The notes under the pieces: generated by a model
The model's database searches: none
What the model saw: the letters and a program-made list of their open reading frames with translations, nothing else
Told to the model about the DNA's origin: nothing
Translations under genes and position numbers: made by a program
Shown here: positions 41,788 through 52,614 of the stretch, one piece after another
Layout of the letters: each line of letters opens with the position of its first letter
Numbering within the stretch: position 1 is the stretch's first letter
Virus record (IMG/VR): IMGVR_UViG_2524614764_000005
Span: 40,462-104,461 of that record
Direction: 5' to 3' (one strand)
Length of the DNA: 64,000 bases
Source of the DNA: a virus
Lineage: Duplodnaviria > Caudoviricetes

Positions 41788-43122
41788 ATGGCAAAAAAGA
41801 AAAGTGATATTAAAATCAATAAAAATCATGAAGGTAAAGAATTTAGCAATTTTTTCAGATTTGTAGGTAAAGTAAAACCTGTTATGAAAAAGGACGATGC
41901 AACTGATAGTTGGGTAGAAGCAGCGATTTCTGAATTAACGCAAACGAAAACAGGCAAAGATCGTAAAGTAGTTCAGTTTATTGTAGAAACAGCTAATAGA
42001 AATGAGCTAAAAGTCGAGCTTGCTGGAATGGAACAGTCTTTTGTTTATCCTTATAGCTCTAAACATAAAAATTCTTTTAAACTAGAGTGGGAACATAGAT
42101 TCGACAAAACCAAGTTTCCAGACGAATCTTATAAAGTAATTGCGACCGATTGGGACTTATGTGATGAACTAGCTGAACTTATTAAACCTGGTATGTGGGT
42201 TGATGTAAGAGGAGTGTATGAATTTAGTTCGTTTCAGAACGATGAAGGCGAAACAGTAAATGTAGTTAAGAGAACAATTAAACAAGTTTATCCATTAAAG
42301 AATGGGCAAGTTGAAATCAACAATGTTAATTCGGGTGATGAGTACAGAGTATATGATTCAGAAGAAAATGGGTCATTACTTGGTTATGGTAAAGCAAAAG
42401 AAGAAGTCATTAAAATCAATGTAGGGTGGCTTTCGCCAGAAGGCGGAGATATCTTTATTACTAAATTAAGTAATGGGGAAGAAGGTAAAAGAGCCAAAGC
42501 CACATATAACGAAAATGTTAGTGAATCCGATCGAATTAAAGTCATTAATAATGTAGAAAGTTCAATTAGAATTAACAAAGAAGATGGTTCATATGAGTAT
42601 ATTCCATATATCAGAGACTTTAAATCAGAGAATTTTATTGAAATCAATGAATTTGAAATGCAAATCGGCATTAAGAGCGTTTATCAACCTGAAGATTCTA
42701 AAGATACGAAGGTGAATGCTGCATTTCTCGGTTATGGTAAAGAAAGAAGTGCAGTATATGACGTTGAATTAACTGTATTTCACAGAGAACCAGAGGAAGG
42801 GAAAAGATCGATTGCCGAAGCTTTTGCTAACTTAAACAGATTGGATTTTCTTGTAGTACATGGCATCGATAACAACAGAGCCGAATTTGCTACAGTCGAG
42901 GTCGAAGAACCAGAAGAAGACAATCCGTTTGCTGATGTTGCAGAAAAAGTGAAATCCTATGAACAAGTTTCATCTGGGACAAAAAAGGGTCTAGAAATTC
43001 AGAATGTATTTGCAGGGACATATGTAAAAGGATTGCTTACTGAAGAAGAGATCACAGGAGAGTCAGATGAACAAGATCCTTTCTCTAATGTTTCAGTTTC
43101 AGACGACGATCTCCCATTTTAA
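41788..43122 (+). CDS. Putative single-stranded DNA-binding protein (YorF position)
   Basis: OB-like beta pattern; acidic tail ending DDDLPF. Confidence 0.7.
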   Translation: MAKKKSDIKINKNHEGKEFSNFFRFVGKVKPVMKKDDATDSWVEAAISELTQTKTGKDRKVVQFIVETANRNELKVELAGMEQSFVYPYSSKHKNSFKLEWEHRFDKTKFPDESYKVIATDWDLCDELAELIKPGMWVDVRGVYEFSSFQNDEGETVNVVKRTIKQVYPLKNGQVEINNVNSGDEYRVYDSEENGSLLGYGKAKEEVIKINVGWLSPEGGDIFITKLSNGEEGKRAKATYNENVSESDRIKVINNVESSIRINKEDGSYEYIPYIRDFKSENFIEINEFEMQIGIKSVYQPEDSKDTKVNAAFLGYGKERSAVYDVELTVFHREPEEGKRSIAEAFANLNRLDFLVVHGIDNNRAEFATVEVEEPEEDNPFADVAEKVKSYEQVSSGTKKGLEIQNVFAGTYVKGLLTEEEITGESDEQDPFSNVSVSDDDLPF

Positions 43123-43179
43123 TTTAAATACATAAGAAAATAAAATACAAATTACATATAAAGAGAGGTCGGGAATTAT

Positions 43180-44310
43180 ATGAGTTTCAGAAAAACAGTT
43201 AAGAACATTGTACCTAAAGTCGATTTGCAATCCTATATGCTTGGGATTGCTGGGGGCTATAAATCAGGAAAAACGAGATTGTATAAAGAGTTAATCGAAA
43301 ATTTTTATCCAGGAGATCCAGATGCAGGACTTCTATTAGCTTTTGAGCCAGGATATAACACTTGGGAGTTAGATTCAGTTATTCCTATGCATGACTATGA
43401 TTGGGAATTCTTTAAAGGCGAAGTAGTAAAAGGGCTGCTCGATGAAGCAAAAAATGGCAGAGTAACAAAGGTTCTTGGAATTGATACAGCAGATAGAATG
43501 ATGGATATGGCCACAGATTACATTTTGAAGAAATTAAACCAAAAGTACGCAAAAAAAATGAAAACACTTCAGGAAGTCTCTGAAAATGTTAAGGGACTGA
43601 ACGGCTACATGCTATTAAAGAAAGAAGTTTGGGATCAATTAGATTTGTTGAAAAATGCAGGATACGGCATCATTTGGTTGGCTTGGACTAAAGAAAAAGA
43701 AACTACTACCAGAGATGATCTTAAATACAACTCAATTGAATTGAAGATGAGTAAAACAGGAGCCGATATCTTTGAATCTCAAGTTGATTTAATGTGCACT
43801 CTGCATAATGAAGTAAAAGTGATGGATAAGAACGGAAATGAACTTGAAGAGAACTTAAAAACTAAAAGTGGCAAAGAACAAGCAGCTAAGTTTCATTCTA
43901 CAGAAGCGTACATGTACTTCCTCCCTTCAAGTTATATCGGAATTGGAGGAGGGAGATTTACAGATCTCCCTGAGAAGGTTCCGTACGGTGTAGAAAACTA
44001 CTTAGAAGTCTTTGAGAATGCGGTCAAAGGTCAACTTAAAAAAACTACTAAATCAATTAAAGAACTCAAAAGTGAAGAAGATCAAGTTAGAGAAGAGAAG
44101 GCTAAAGAGTTTGTAGATAAAGTAAACGAACCCGACCCTAATAAAATTATTGAAGAGATTAATTCTCTTGTTTCAGATATTCAGCGGGATAAGAAACTTG
44201 AGCTATCAGAAAGATTTAAAGAGGCATTCGGTGAAGGTAACTATAAACAGCTTAAAACTGTTGAAGAATTGAACAAAGCTCTTGAAATTGTTAGATCATT
44301 CTTAAATTAA
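43180..44310 (+). CDS. yorG: AAA_24/Sak4-like ATPase (recombination)
   Basis: GGYKSGKT, LLAFEPG, IDT. Confidence 0.7.
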   Translation: MSFRKTVKNIVPKVDLQSYMLGIAGGYKSGKTRLYKELIENFYPGDPDAGLLLAFEPGYNTWELDSVIPMHDYDWEFFKGEVVKGLLDEAKNGRVTKVLGIDTADRMMDMATDYILKKLNQKYAKKMKTLQEVSENVKGLNGYMLLKKEVWDQLDLLKNAGYGIIWLAWTKEKETTTRDDLKYNSIELKMSKTGADIFESQVDLMCTLHNEVKVMDKNGNELEENLKTKSGKEQAAKFHSTEAYMYFLPSSYIGIGGGRFTDLPEKVPYGVENYLEVFENAVKGQLKKTTKSIKELKSEEDQVREEKAKEFVDKVNEPDPNKIIEEINSLVSDIQRDKKLELSERFKEAFGEGNYKQLKTVEELNKALEIVRSFLN

Positions 44311-44349
44311 GAGGGGATATCCCCTCTTCAATGTACAAGAGGTGACTGT

Positions 44350-44967
44350 ATGAAAGGCTATAAATGTAGATTCTGTGGTTTGAAAAATGACCATATGCAA
44401 ATGAAGTGTTATTCAAAACCAACGGGTAAGTTTAACAAAAACGGTTCTGAAAAGATGGCGAGAAAATATGTCCATTTAAAATGTGACGAAGAATATAAGA
44501 AGAATGAAGCATTTAAAGAAAAAGAATTAAAAGAATTAGATGAATTGTTTACATATCTTAAGAAGTTACACAGAATTGATACTCTTGATGGTCGAATGAT
44601 GGAGAAAATCCAAGATCTTAGAAACGGAACTGTGGTGTTTAATAAGAAAAAAATTAAAAGGTATAAAGAAGGAGTGCCTTTTAGAGACATTTTATATACA
44701 TACGAGGTCAATGAAACCTACATAAACGAAACTATAAGTAACATGGTTTTCGCTGCAAAGTGGAATGAGTTTTCATATGTGTTTGCAATTGTTATAAACA
44801 ACATTAACGATTCAATTGGCGCTACTTCAAATAAAGAAATTGTGATGAATCGTAGAGAGGCGATTATTGATAGTAATCTAGTTGAACAGACCTCCTATTC
44901 TATCGATGAACCGACACAATACAACAATAACAAAAAAGATGTCTTGGATATCTCGGAATTTTTATAG
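44350..44967 (+). CDS. yorH: YorH-like Zn-finger protein (possible helicase loader)
   Basis: CRFC...HxxC, QDLRNG; synteny. Confidence 0.6.
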   Translation: MKGYKCRFCGLKNDHMQMKCYSKPTGKFNKNGSEKMARKYVHLKCDEEYKKNEAFKEKELKELDELFTYLKKLHRIDTLDGRMMEKIQDLRNGTVVFNKKKIKRYKEGVPFRDILYTYEVNETYINETISNMVFAAKWNEFSYVFAIVINNINDSIGATSNKEIVMNRREAIIDSNLVEQTSYSIDEPTQYNNNKKDVLDISEFL

Positions 44968-44976
44968 GAGGGTTAA

Positions 44977-46500
44977 ATGGGAAAACACTTAGCTGAATTT
45001 GTGGATCCTTCTCAGGTGCATGAGGCTTTATTTGTGGGATATCTTTGGAGAAACCCTGCGTTGTATCAAAGGTATAAGACACATAAAATAACAAATAAAA
45101 GTTTCACAGAACAAACATGGTATTTTTACTACACTGTCGGGCTCCAAATGTTTGATAATGGGATTCGTGACTTCGATGATAAAACAGTTTACTCATTCGT
45201 TGTCTCCAGACCAAAAGAAAAAAACAAAAAAAGCTATATTGATGCATATAACGATTTCGGTGCATTTCAAACGGTAGAAGAAATAATGAATGAGTGTCAG
45301 AAAGATACTCAAAATGAAGAATATCACTTATCTGAGATTCAAAAATTTGAAGTGCTTAGAAATATGCAATCTATAGGTTTAATTGATGTAAGTAATGAAG
45401 ATCAAATAGTTAAATTAACTCGAATGAATTTAAAGCAGCTGCAGATGTATATTCAATTTAAGCAAAAGGAAATGTTTGCTCATGTTAATGCAGGAGAAGT
45501 TATCGAGCATGACTTAGTGGACGATTTAACTGAAACCATTGAAGAATTGGATTCTGGCGAATCTATGGGTATCCCACTACATGACTCACCAAGACTTAGT
45601 AGGAAAATAAAAGGCTGGAAAGACGGTTCTCTATATTATCTTGTATTAGCTTCTGGGGTTGGAAAAAGTTCGATTGCAATGGAAAAATTTATACTTTCTT
45701 TATTTGAAAATCAAGAAAAAGCAATCTTGGCCATTAATGAGGAGAGTGTTAAGAAATGGAGATCACTCCTGTTGGCTACTATTTGTTCTAAGATATTAAA
45801 GACACCCTTAAATAGAGAGAAGATGTACGAGGGCAAATTTGATAAAGATACTCTCCAGAAACTTAACAACGCTAAAGAATGGGCAGTCGAAAAAGGACAA
45901 GGCTTAATTAAAACACTTGAATTAAAGAAATATAGAATTGAAGATGTTTTGAGTAGAGTTGAATTATACAGACCTAAAGGATACAAAAAATTAATACTCG
46001 ATACTTTTAAACCAGATAGGTCTTCAAAAGATAAAGCTCGATGGGAGGCGTTTTCTGATTCAGCACAAGAACTACACGATTTAATTAAAGAAGATAATCA
46101 GAATGTAGGCACCTTGGCTACTGTACAGTTAAAGCTAGGTAAGGAATCAAGGTTCTTGGATTTAGACGCAACAGGGAAGAGTATGGAGATAAATGAAGTG
46201 GCTGCGGTTGTAATGATGGGAAGATTGCTTTATGACGATGAATACCCAGGAGCTAAAACAGCTAACGGTAAAAACAGTCCATACATATTGCACCCTTACA
46301 ATTACAAAAAAGACGAGTTCGATGGTACGTATTACAAAGAGGATTACAAACTTGATCCTAAAAAGACATACTTAGTTTTATTTCTAGCTAAAAATCGATT
46401 TGGAAGTGAAGAAGAGCAGATATTATTTGAAGTTAGCTATGGAATAAATACATTTAAAGAGGTTGCATTAGTTCAAGTCCCACGAATTGGAACGCATTAA
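44977..46500 (+). CDS. yorI: DnaB-like replicative helicase
   Basis: SGVGKS, NEE, LDTFK, TVQL, KNRFG. Confidence 0.85.
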   Translation: MGKHLAEFVDPSQVHEALFVGYLWRNPALYQRYKTHKITNKSFTEQTWYFYYTVGLQMFDNGIRDFDDKTVYSFVVSRPKEKNKKSYIDAYNDFGAFQTVEEIMNECQKDTQNEEYHLSEIQKFEVLRNMQSIGLIDVSNEDQIVKLTRMNLKQLQMYIQFKQKEMFAHVNAGEVIEHDLVDDLTETIEELDSGESMGIPLHDSPRLSRKIKGWKDGSLYYLVLASGVGKSSIAMEKFILSLFENQEKAILAINEESVKKWRSLLLATICSKILKTPLNREKMYEGKFDKDTLQKLNNAKEWAVEKGQGLIKTLELKKYRIEDVLSRVELYRPKGYKKLILDTFKPDRSSKDKARWEAFSDSAQELHDLIKEDNQNVGTLATVQLKLGKESRFLDLDATGKSMEINEVAAVVMMGRLLYDDEYPGAKTANGKNSPYILHPYNYKKDEFDGTYYKEDYKLDPKKTYLVLFLAKNRFGSEEEQILFEVSYGINTFKEVALVQVPRIGTH

Positions 46501-46514
46501 AAGGAAGATGACAT

Positions 46515-47573
46515 ATGTCTGAACTTAAGGCAATTAAAGAGCGTATTTTTGATGAGGGTCTAATCAAGCAAATATTATCTGATATTGGGTGCTGGAACAT
46601 TCAAAACGAACAAAAAGGAAAGTTGATTGTCGCCGGTTTGCCTGATGGTGATAATGAGAGGAGCGTGCAGATTAAAAACACACCTGCTCTTGCAGCTAAC
46701 ATTAGATCTAAGGGTATAACTGGAGATATTTATGATGTTATTTCATACATAGTATTTGAGGCTCAGTCAGATGAAGAGAGAGTAAAATCATTAAATAAAA
46801 GTAAGTTTTGGATATGTAAGAAGTATGGTTATTTAGAATACATAGATGAATTTTACAAAACAACTTTAAAAGAACAAAGACCAAATCTAAATAAATGGCT
46901 AAACACTTTAAAAAACAAAAGGAAAGAAACTCCTCTTCCTTTGGAGAATAATACAATTGAGATTTCATATGAGAATCAATTTGGAATACTGCCATATTTA
47001 GATTGGTATAAAAGTGGACTGTTTCTAAGTACTCAAAAACACTTTGAAATTGGGTTTGATATTAGATCAGAAAGAGTGACCTTTCCAATACATAATGCTG
47101 CAGGACAATTAATCGGTGTTAAAGGGCGGTATTGTGGACAGGATTCAAAAATTGAAGAAAAGTATAAATACCTTTATGTTCTTCCATGCAATAAATCAAT
47201 AGAGTTGTTTAATTATCATAGGGCTCTACCGCACATAAAGGAAAATCAAGAAGTAATTGTTGTTGAGGGTGCCAAAACAACAATGTTTTTAACACAGTGG
47301 GGATATAAAAATTGTGTATCTATTGAAGGAGATACTTTATCTGAAGAACAGATAAACTTGTTAAAAGAACTTGGTTTAAATGTAACCTATACATTTGCTT
47401 TTGATAAAGATAAGATGCCAGATTTTGTACTTGCAGAAGCGAATAAACTTAAAGGAAGAGTTAAATACGGCATATATGATACTGAATCTTTACTAGAGGA
47501 CAAAGACTCCCCTACTGATCGAGGAAAAGCGGTTTGGAATAAGCTTTACTCAAATAAATATAAAATTTCTTAG
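46515..47573 (+). CDS. yorJ: DNA primase (TOPRIM)
   Basis: FPIHN..G..KGR, VVEG, FDKD, KDSPTD. Confidence 0.85.
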   Translation: MSELKAIKERIFDEGLIKQILSDIGCWNIQNEQKGKLIVAGLPDGDNERSVQIKNTPALAANIRSKGITGDIYDVISYIVFEAQSDEERVKSLNKSKFWICKKYGYLEYIDEFYKTTLKEQRPNLNKWLNTLKNKRKETPLPLENNTIEISYENQFGILPYLDWYKSGLFLSTQKHFEIGFDIRSERVTFPIHNAAGQLIGVKGRYCGQDSKIEEKYKYLYVLPCNKSIELFNYHRALPHIKENQEVIVVEGAKTTMFLTQWGYKNCVSIEGDTLSEEQINLLKELGLNVTYTFAFDKDKMPDFVLAEANKLKGRVKYGIYDTESLLEDKDSPTDRGKAVWNKLYSNKYKIS

Positions 47574-47580
47574 AGGTGAA

Positions 47581-49284
47581 ATGTTGGAATATAGGCTAAT
47601 AGGAAAAAATGATTTTGAACAAGATATCGTCAAAAATATTCTAAGCAATAGAGGTATTTATAGCTCTGAGATGAGTTCTGTTTTAAGCCCAACAGCAGTT
47701 AATGAGGAACCTTATTCTTTATTATGTAACATAAATAAAGCTTCTGAATTGCTAATAGAACATATGAAGAAAAACAGCAATATTTTTATCCAAATTGATA
47801 GTGATACTGATGGCATCACTTCTTCTATAATTTTAATAAAGTACATAAAGAAAATGTTTCCTAAATCCAAAATTACATATAGGATGCATGAAGGGAAAGA
47901 GCATGGGATTATTCTCGATACAGTGCCTGATAACACTGATTTAGTGATAATTCCAGATGCGGGTTCTAATCAATACGAAATCCATAAGGAGCTTAAGGAA
48001 AGAGGCTGTGATGTATTAGTCATTGACCATCATGAATGTGAAGATGAGTCGCAGTATGCAATAGTTGTTAATAATCAGCTTTCACCCAATTATTTAAACA
48101 AGTCACTAACGGGGGCTGGAATGGCTTACAAAGTATGCCAGGCTCTTGATGATAAGCTCGGAAAAAATTATGCTGAAGAGCTGCTTGATTTAGTTGCGAT
48201 TGGCAATATTGCCGATTCTGCAGATTCAAGAAATTTAGAAACAAGATATTACATATTAAAAGGGTTAGATTGTGTTAAAAATCCACTTTTGAAAAAGCTG
48301 TTTAAAAAGCAGGAGTTTTCAACAAATGGTGTTAAAACAATTCAGAATACTCAATTCTATATCAACCCACTTATAAATGCTGCGATTAGAGTAGGTTCGA
48401 AAAAAGAAAAAGACCAGTTGATTAAATCATTTCTTGGTTCAAGAGAAAAGGTTCTATATAAAAAGCGTGGATCTGCAGTTGAAGAATCAATTTCAATTCA
48501 AGATGATACTGTAAGAGTTCTAACAAATTTAAAGAATAAACAAAAGAGATTAGTTGATAAAGCAACTGATGAAATTGTCCAAAAGATATACCAAGAAAAT
48601 TTGTTAGAAAACAAGATACTCTCTGTAAATATTGAAGGTATTCTCGAAAAGAACCTAACAGGCTTAGTCGCAAATAAACTAGCCGATAGGTTTAAAAGGC
48701 CAGTTTTACTTGCTAGGGATGCAGAAAACGATGAGTTTCTAATAGGTTCAATAAGAGGATATGATAAAGGAGGAGTTAAAAACTTTAAAGAGTTACTGAT
48801 ATCAACGGGTCTATTTGAATTTGTTGAAGGGCATGCGAATGCAGCTGGATTTTGTATCAAAAAAAATAGTTTTAATAAAATGAATACAGCGCTTAACGAT
48901 TTGTTAAAAGATATTGAACACAAGACAGTTCTTGATGTCGATTTTGAAATTCCATTTAAACTTCTTAAAGAGAATTTTATTTTAGAGATTGGTAATCTAA
49001 GAGAACTATGGGGTTACAAATTAGAAGAGCCTTTAGTTGCATTCACGGATATTCATGTGAGCAGAAGTGAAATAGAGTTAATTAAAAAAAGAACGACTAC
49101 TCTGAAGATAAGTTCAACACAGGCAGAGTTCAAAAAGCAATTTTATAAAAATGAATTCCCTCAGCTGTTAGATGAAAGCGAAAGTTATGTGTTGAATTGT
49201 ATAGGGAAATGCAAGCTATCTGCCGATAATAAACCCTATATTGAAATTGTAGACTTGAAAGTGGTTCATAGTTTTCTGTTTTAG
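47581..49284 (+). CDS. yorK: RecJ-like DHH ssDNA exonuclease
   Basis: DSDTDG, DHH, GSIRG, GHANAAG. Confidence 0.9.
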   Translation: MLEYRLIGKNDFEQDIVKNILSNRGIYSSEMSSVLSPTAVNEEPYSLLCNINKASELLIEHMKKNSNIFIQIDSDTDGITSSIILIKYIKKMFPKSKITYRMHEGKEHGIILDTVPDNTDLVIIPDAGSNQYEIHKELKERGCDVLVIDHHECEDESQYAIVVNNQLSPNYLNKSLTGAGMAYKVCQALDDKLGKNYAEELLDLVAIGNIADSADSRNLETRYYILKGLDCVKNPLLKKLFKKQEFSTNGVKTIQNTQFYINPLINAAIRVGSKKEKDQLIKSFLGSREKVLYKKRGSAVEESISIQDDTVRVLTNLKNKQKRLVDKATDEIVQKIYQENLLENKILSVNIEGILEKNLTGLVANKLADRFKRPVLLARDAENDEFLIGSIRGYDKGGVKNFKELLISTGLFEFVEGHANAAGFCIKKNSFNKMNTALNDLLKDIEHKTVLDVDFEIPFKLLKENFILEIGNLRELWGYKLEEPLVAFTDIHVSRSEIELIKKRTTTLKISSTQAEFKKQFYKNEFPQLLDESESYVLNCIGKCKLSADNKPYIEIVDLKVVHSFLF

Positions 49285-49293
49285 AAAGGAGGA

Positions 49294-51594
49294 ATGCTCT
49301 TGATCATAAAGCCAAAACTCGAAACAGAAGTGACTAAAAGATATGAAAAACACTGGGTAGAGAACTTTGAAGAAATCAAAAAGATTTTTGATAAAGACCA
49401 ACCTAAGTTATGTGTGATTGATTCTGAAACCACTGGGTTGCATATTATTAACGACAAGCCTTTTATGTGGGTATTTGCTTATAAGTTACCAAAAGAGAAA
49501 AGGAAAGAAGGATTAGAGGGCAGAAGCTTTGCTTTTAACTCTAATAAAGAAATACTCCATCAAGTTTTACAATTGACTAAAAAATGCCTTATGACTGTTG
49601 GGCACAACGTTAAATATGACTTACATATGTTAATTAATGGGGGAGTAGAAGAAGAAGAGGTATATAATTTAACTAACATTACAGATACTATGGGATTATG
49701 CAGACTTACATTTGATGCAGTTTCTGCTAGAGACGGAGGCGATATGTTAGGGCTGAAAAAAGTTTCTGAAAAATATATTGATCATAGGGCTGCGGAATTT
49801 GAAAAGGAGGTAAAAAAAGAACTTAGAAGAATAAACGATCAAAAAAGAAACCTTTTAAAAGAATTACTAAAGCCATATAAAGATATCGGTTGGGGTATCG
49901 GAAAAATTAAAGATGCTTATAAAGTAAAAAAGAGAAATGATATGGATCAGTTTACAACCGAAAGGAAGCAGCGATGGATCACCATTCCTGCTGAAATAGA
50001 CAGGCTTTATCGAAACTGGTTAAAAGAAAATCCTTTTGCAAATTATTCAGAAGTTGACAGGAATATCATGATGGAATATGTCCATAGTGATGGAATCTAC
50101 ACTCTTGAAATAGTCGAGATGACTTACCCTACAGTTTTAAAACGAAAACAGAAAGCGATACTTGAGCACGAAAATAAGTTGATTATGGAATTATTGAGAA
50201 TGGAACGAGTAGGGATGAAGGTTGATATGCCTTACTTAAACGAATGCTTCAAAAAATGTGAAGGTGAAATTCAAAGTCATTACGAAGAACTGTGGAGTAT
50301 CGTCGGAGAAAATTTTACTGCCTCACAGGCATCTGTAATACAGGATTATTTTGAAAAAAAGTTAGGGGAAAGGCCTCCTACTACAGATAAAGCGTTTTTA
50401 AAAAAGCATAAAGATGATAGGCTATCTCAACTGATTACTCGGCTAAGAAGATTAGAAAAATGGCAGTCCACGTATATTTCTAGAATTATCGAAGTAGCTC
50501 AATATGATGAGCATTTTTATACTCAATACGGACAATTCAATACAGTATCTGGACGCTTAGGTTCTGATGCACAGCAGTTTCCTAAAGAGAGAATTCTGAC
50601 AGAAGAAGGTGAAAAATACGAAAAGGAACACGGAGAAGGAAAAGCCCCCGCAAGCTTTGAAATTTTCTCACCAAGAAAAGCTTTTATTGTAGAGGGAGGA
50701 GATTACGATCAAATTGCATACTTTGACTTATCGCAAATAGAATTACGAGCCCAGGCAAACTATACAGTCTTACTAAATAGGCCTGATTTAAACCTTTGTA
50801 GAGCTTATATGCCATTTAAATGCAAGCACTATTTAACTGGAGAAGAGTACAGTTTTACAAGGAAAGAGGACAGGATAAGATGGTCTGAAAAGAAAGAAGA
50901 CGGTAGTTCAGTATGGCTTTTAGAGGATGGAGAAAGTTGGACTCCTACTGACGTTCATAGCGAAACATCCCACAATACACTCATCGCATTAGCGTTTGAA
51001 TGTGAAGAGAAATATAAACAATACATACATAAGTCAGATTCTCCAGTCGATGAAAAATCATTTAAAAAATTTTGGAGATACATAGGGAAAATGTTTAATT
51101 TTATGAGGAACTATGGCGGTGGAGCAGCTAAAGCCTCTGAAGCTTTGGAAGTTTCTATGGAAATTGCAAATGCTTTAGTATCAGGCTGGTCAAACACATT
51201 CCCTGAGGTATCGCATTACCAAAAACAAGTTGCTAAAAAGGTACAGAAGGATAAGCATGCCACCAACATGTATGGACGTGTTTACTATCTGAGCAATACG
51301 GAAAAGGCATATAAGGTTGGGAACTATCTTGTGCAAGGTTCTTGTGCGGATATGTTAAAAGCATATGTAATAAAGATAGGGGAATTTTTAAGGGAAAACA
51401 ATTGCAAATCATTACCACTAGCTAATATTCATGACGAATTACAATTTCTAATTTACAAAGGAGAGGAATGGATTTTCCCTCACATTAAGAGAATTATGGA
51501 AGATGTAGATTGGATGCAGGTACCTGTAGTTGTGGATCTAGAGATCACTAATACAACTTGGGCAGATAAAAAAGAAGTAGAATGTATTGCATGA
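49294..51594 (+). CDS. DNA polymerase family A with 3'-5' exonuclease
   Basis: DSETTG, HNVKYD, motif A DLSQIELR, motif B RYIGKMFNF..YG, motif C HDE. Confidence 0.92.
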   Translation: MLLIIKPKLETEVTKRYEKHWVENFEEIKKIFDKDQPKLCVIDSETTGLHIINDKPFMWVFAYKLPKEKRKEGLEGRSFAFNSNKEILHQVLQLTKKCLMTVGHNVKYDLHMLINGGVEEEEVYNLTNITDTMGLCRLTFDAVSARDGGDMLGLKKVSEKYIDHRAAEFEKEVKKELRRINDQKRNLLKELLKPYKDIGWGIGKIKDAYKVKKRNDMDQFTTERKQRWITIPAEIDRLYRNWLKENPFANYSEVDRNIMMEYVHSDGIYTLEIVEMTYPTVLKRKQKAILEHENKLIMELLRMERVGMKVDMPYLNECFKKCEGEIQSHYEELWSIVGENFTASQASVIQDYFEKKLGERPPTTDKAFLKKHKDDRLSQLITRLRRLEKWQSTYISRIIEVAQYDEHFYTQYGQFNTVSGRLGSDAQQFPKERILTEEGEKYEKEHGEGKAPASFEIFSPRKAFIVEGGDYDQIAYFDLSQIELRAQANYTVLLNRPDLNLCRAYMPFKCKHYLTGEEYSFTRKEDRIRWSEKKEDGSSVWLLEDGESWTPTDVHSETSHNTLIALAFECEEKYKQYIHKSDSPVDEKSFKKFWRYIGKMFNFMRNYGGGAAKASEALEVSMEIANALVSGWSNTFPEVSHYQKQVAKKVQKDKHATNMYGRVYYLSNTEKAYKVGNYLVQGSCADMLKAYVIKIGEFLRENNCKSLPLANIHDELQFLIYKGEEWIFPHIKRIMEDVDWMQVPVVVDLEITNTTWADKKEVECIA

Positions 51595-52282
51595 AGGAGT
51601 GATGAGAATTATCAAAAAATTTGTAGACAAAAATACAAATAACATATATTATAAAGTTAACTCGAAGGTCTTAATAGTTTTAACAGGATGGCTGCTAACA
51701 TTCTCGTTTATTAAGATGGAAGCGAGTTTAATCAAGGACAACCCGAGCGAAAAGGTAAATAAGACAAAGGTATCTGAAGATTTTCCAACGAAATATATCC
51801 AGTTACATGCACCATTACCAAAGCAAGATAGCAAAAAAGAAATAACTGAGAAATTACAAAAGAAATATCTGAAAATCAAAGTTGAACCAGTTCAAGAGAA
51901 AGCTAAAAAAGTTAAAAAGAAGAAAGGAGATAAAAATGACAAGCATACAAAGAAAACTGTGGAACAAAAGAGTCAAACACGCAAAATGGTTGTTACAGCT
52001 TACACAAATGGTTACGAAAGCACAGGTAAACATCCAGGACACGCTGATTATGGAACAACAGCAAGCGGTGTGACTACAAAGCAAGGCATTACAATTGCTT
52101 GTCCACCATATATGAAATTTGGAACAAAATTATACATAGAAGATGTTGGACTAAGAGTATGTCAGGATAGAGGTGGAGACATAAAAGGAAATAGATTAGA
52201 TGTCTTCATTGAAAATCTCCAAAAGGCAAGAGAGTTCGGCAGGCAAACACTAACAGTTAAAGAAATTAAAAATAACACATAA
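51587..52282 (+). CDS. yorM: 3D-domain cell-wall/lytic transglycosylase-like protein
   Basis: N-terminal TM; VTAY, GTTASG, DRGGDIKGNRLDVF. Confidence 0.8.
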   Translation: MHEGVMRIIKKFVDKNTNNIYYKVNSKVLIVLTGWLLTFSFIKMEASLIKDNPSEKVNKTKVSEDFPTKYIQLHAPLPKQDSKKEITEKLQKKYLKIKVEPVQEKAKKVKKKKGDKNDKHTKKTVEQKSQTRKMVVTAYTNGYESTGKHPGHADYGTTASGVTTKQGITIACPPYMKFGTKLYIEDVGLRVCQDRGGDIKGNRLDVFIENLQKAREFGRQTLTVKEIKNNT

Positions 52283-52614
52283 AGAAGAGAGTGACTTGAT
52301 TGAGCAAGCTTACTTTAGGACAAAGAGTATTAACCTTATATGGGGAAGGAACAGTAGTGGAAGTACATAAGAACAATCAATATGGAGTTGCTGATGATGA
52401 GTACAACCTGGTCGAACTTTATGACAGAAGTGAATTAGCTGAATTAAGGAGGTGATATCATGTTTGAGGTAAACGACACAGTAATAGTTAACCATAATAA
52501 AGAAAGGGCAGTAGTGGCTACAGTGTCAACTCGATACTCACAACTTGAAGTGCGATATGAGGACGGATCTCATGAAGTAATGGGATTTCACAAAGTTACA
52601 AAGGAGGATGATAA

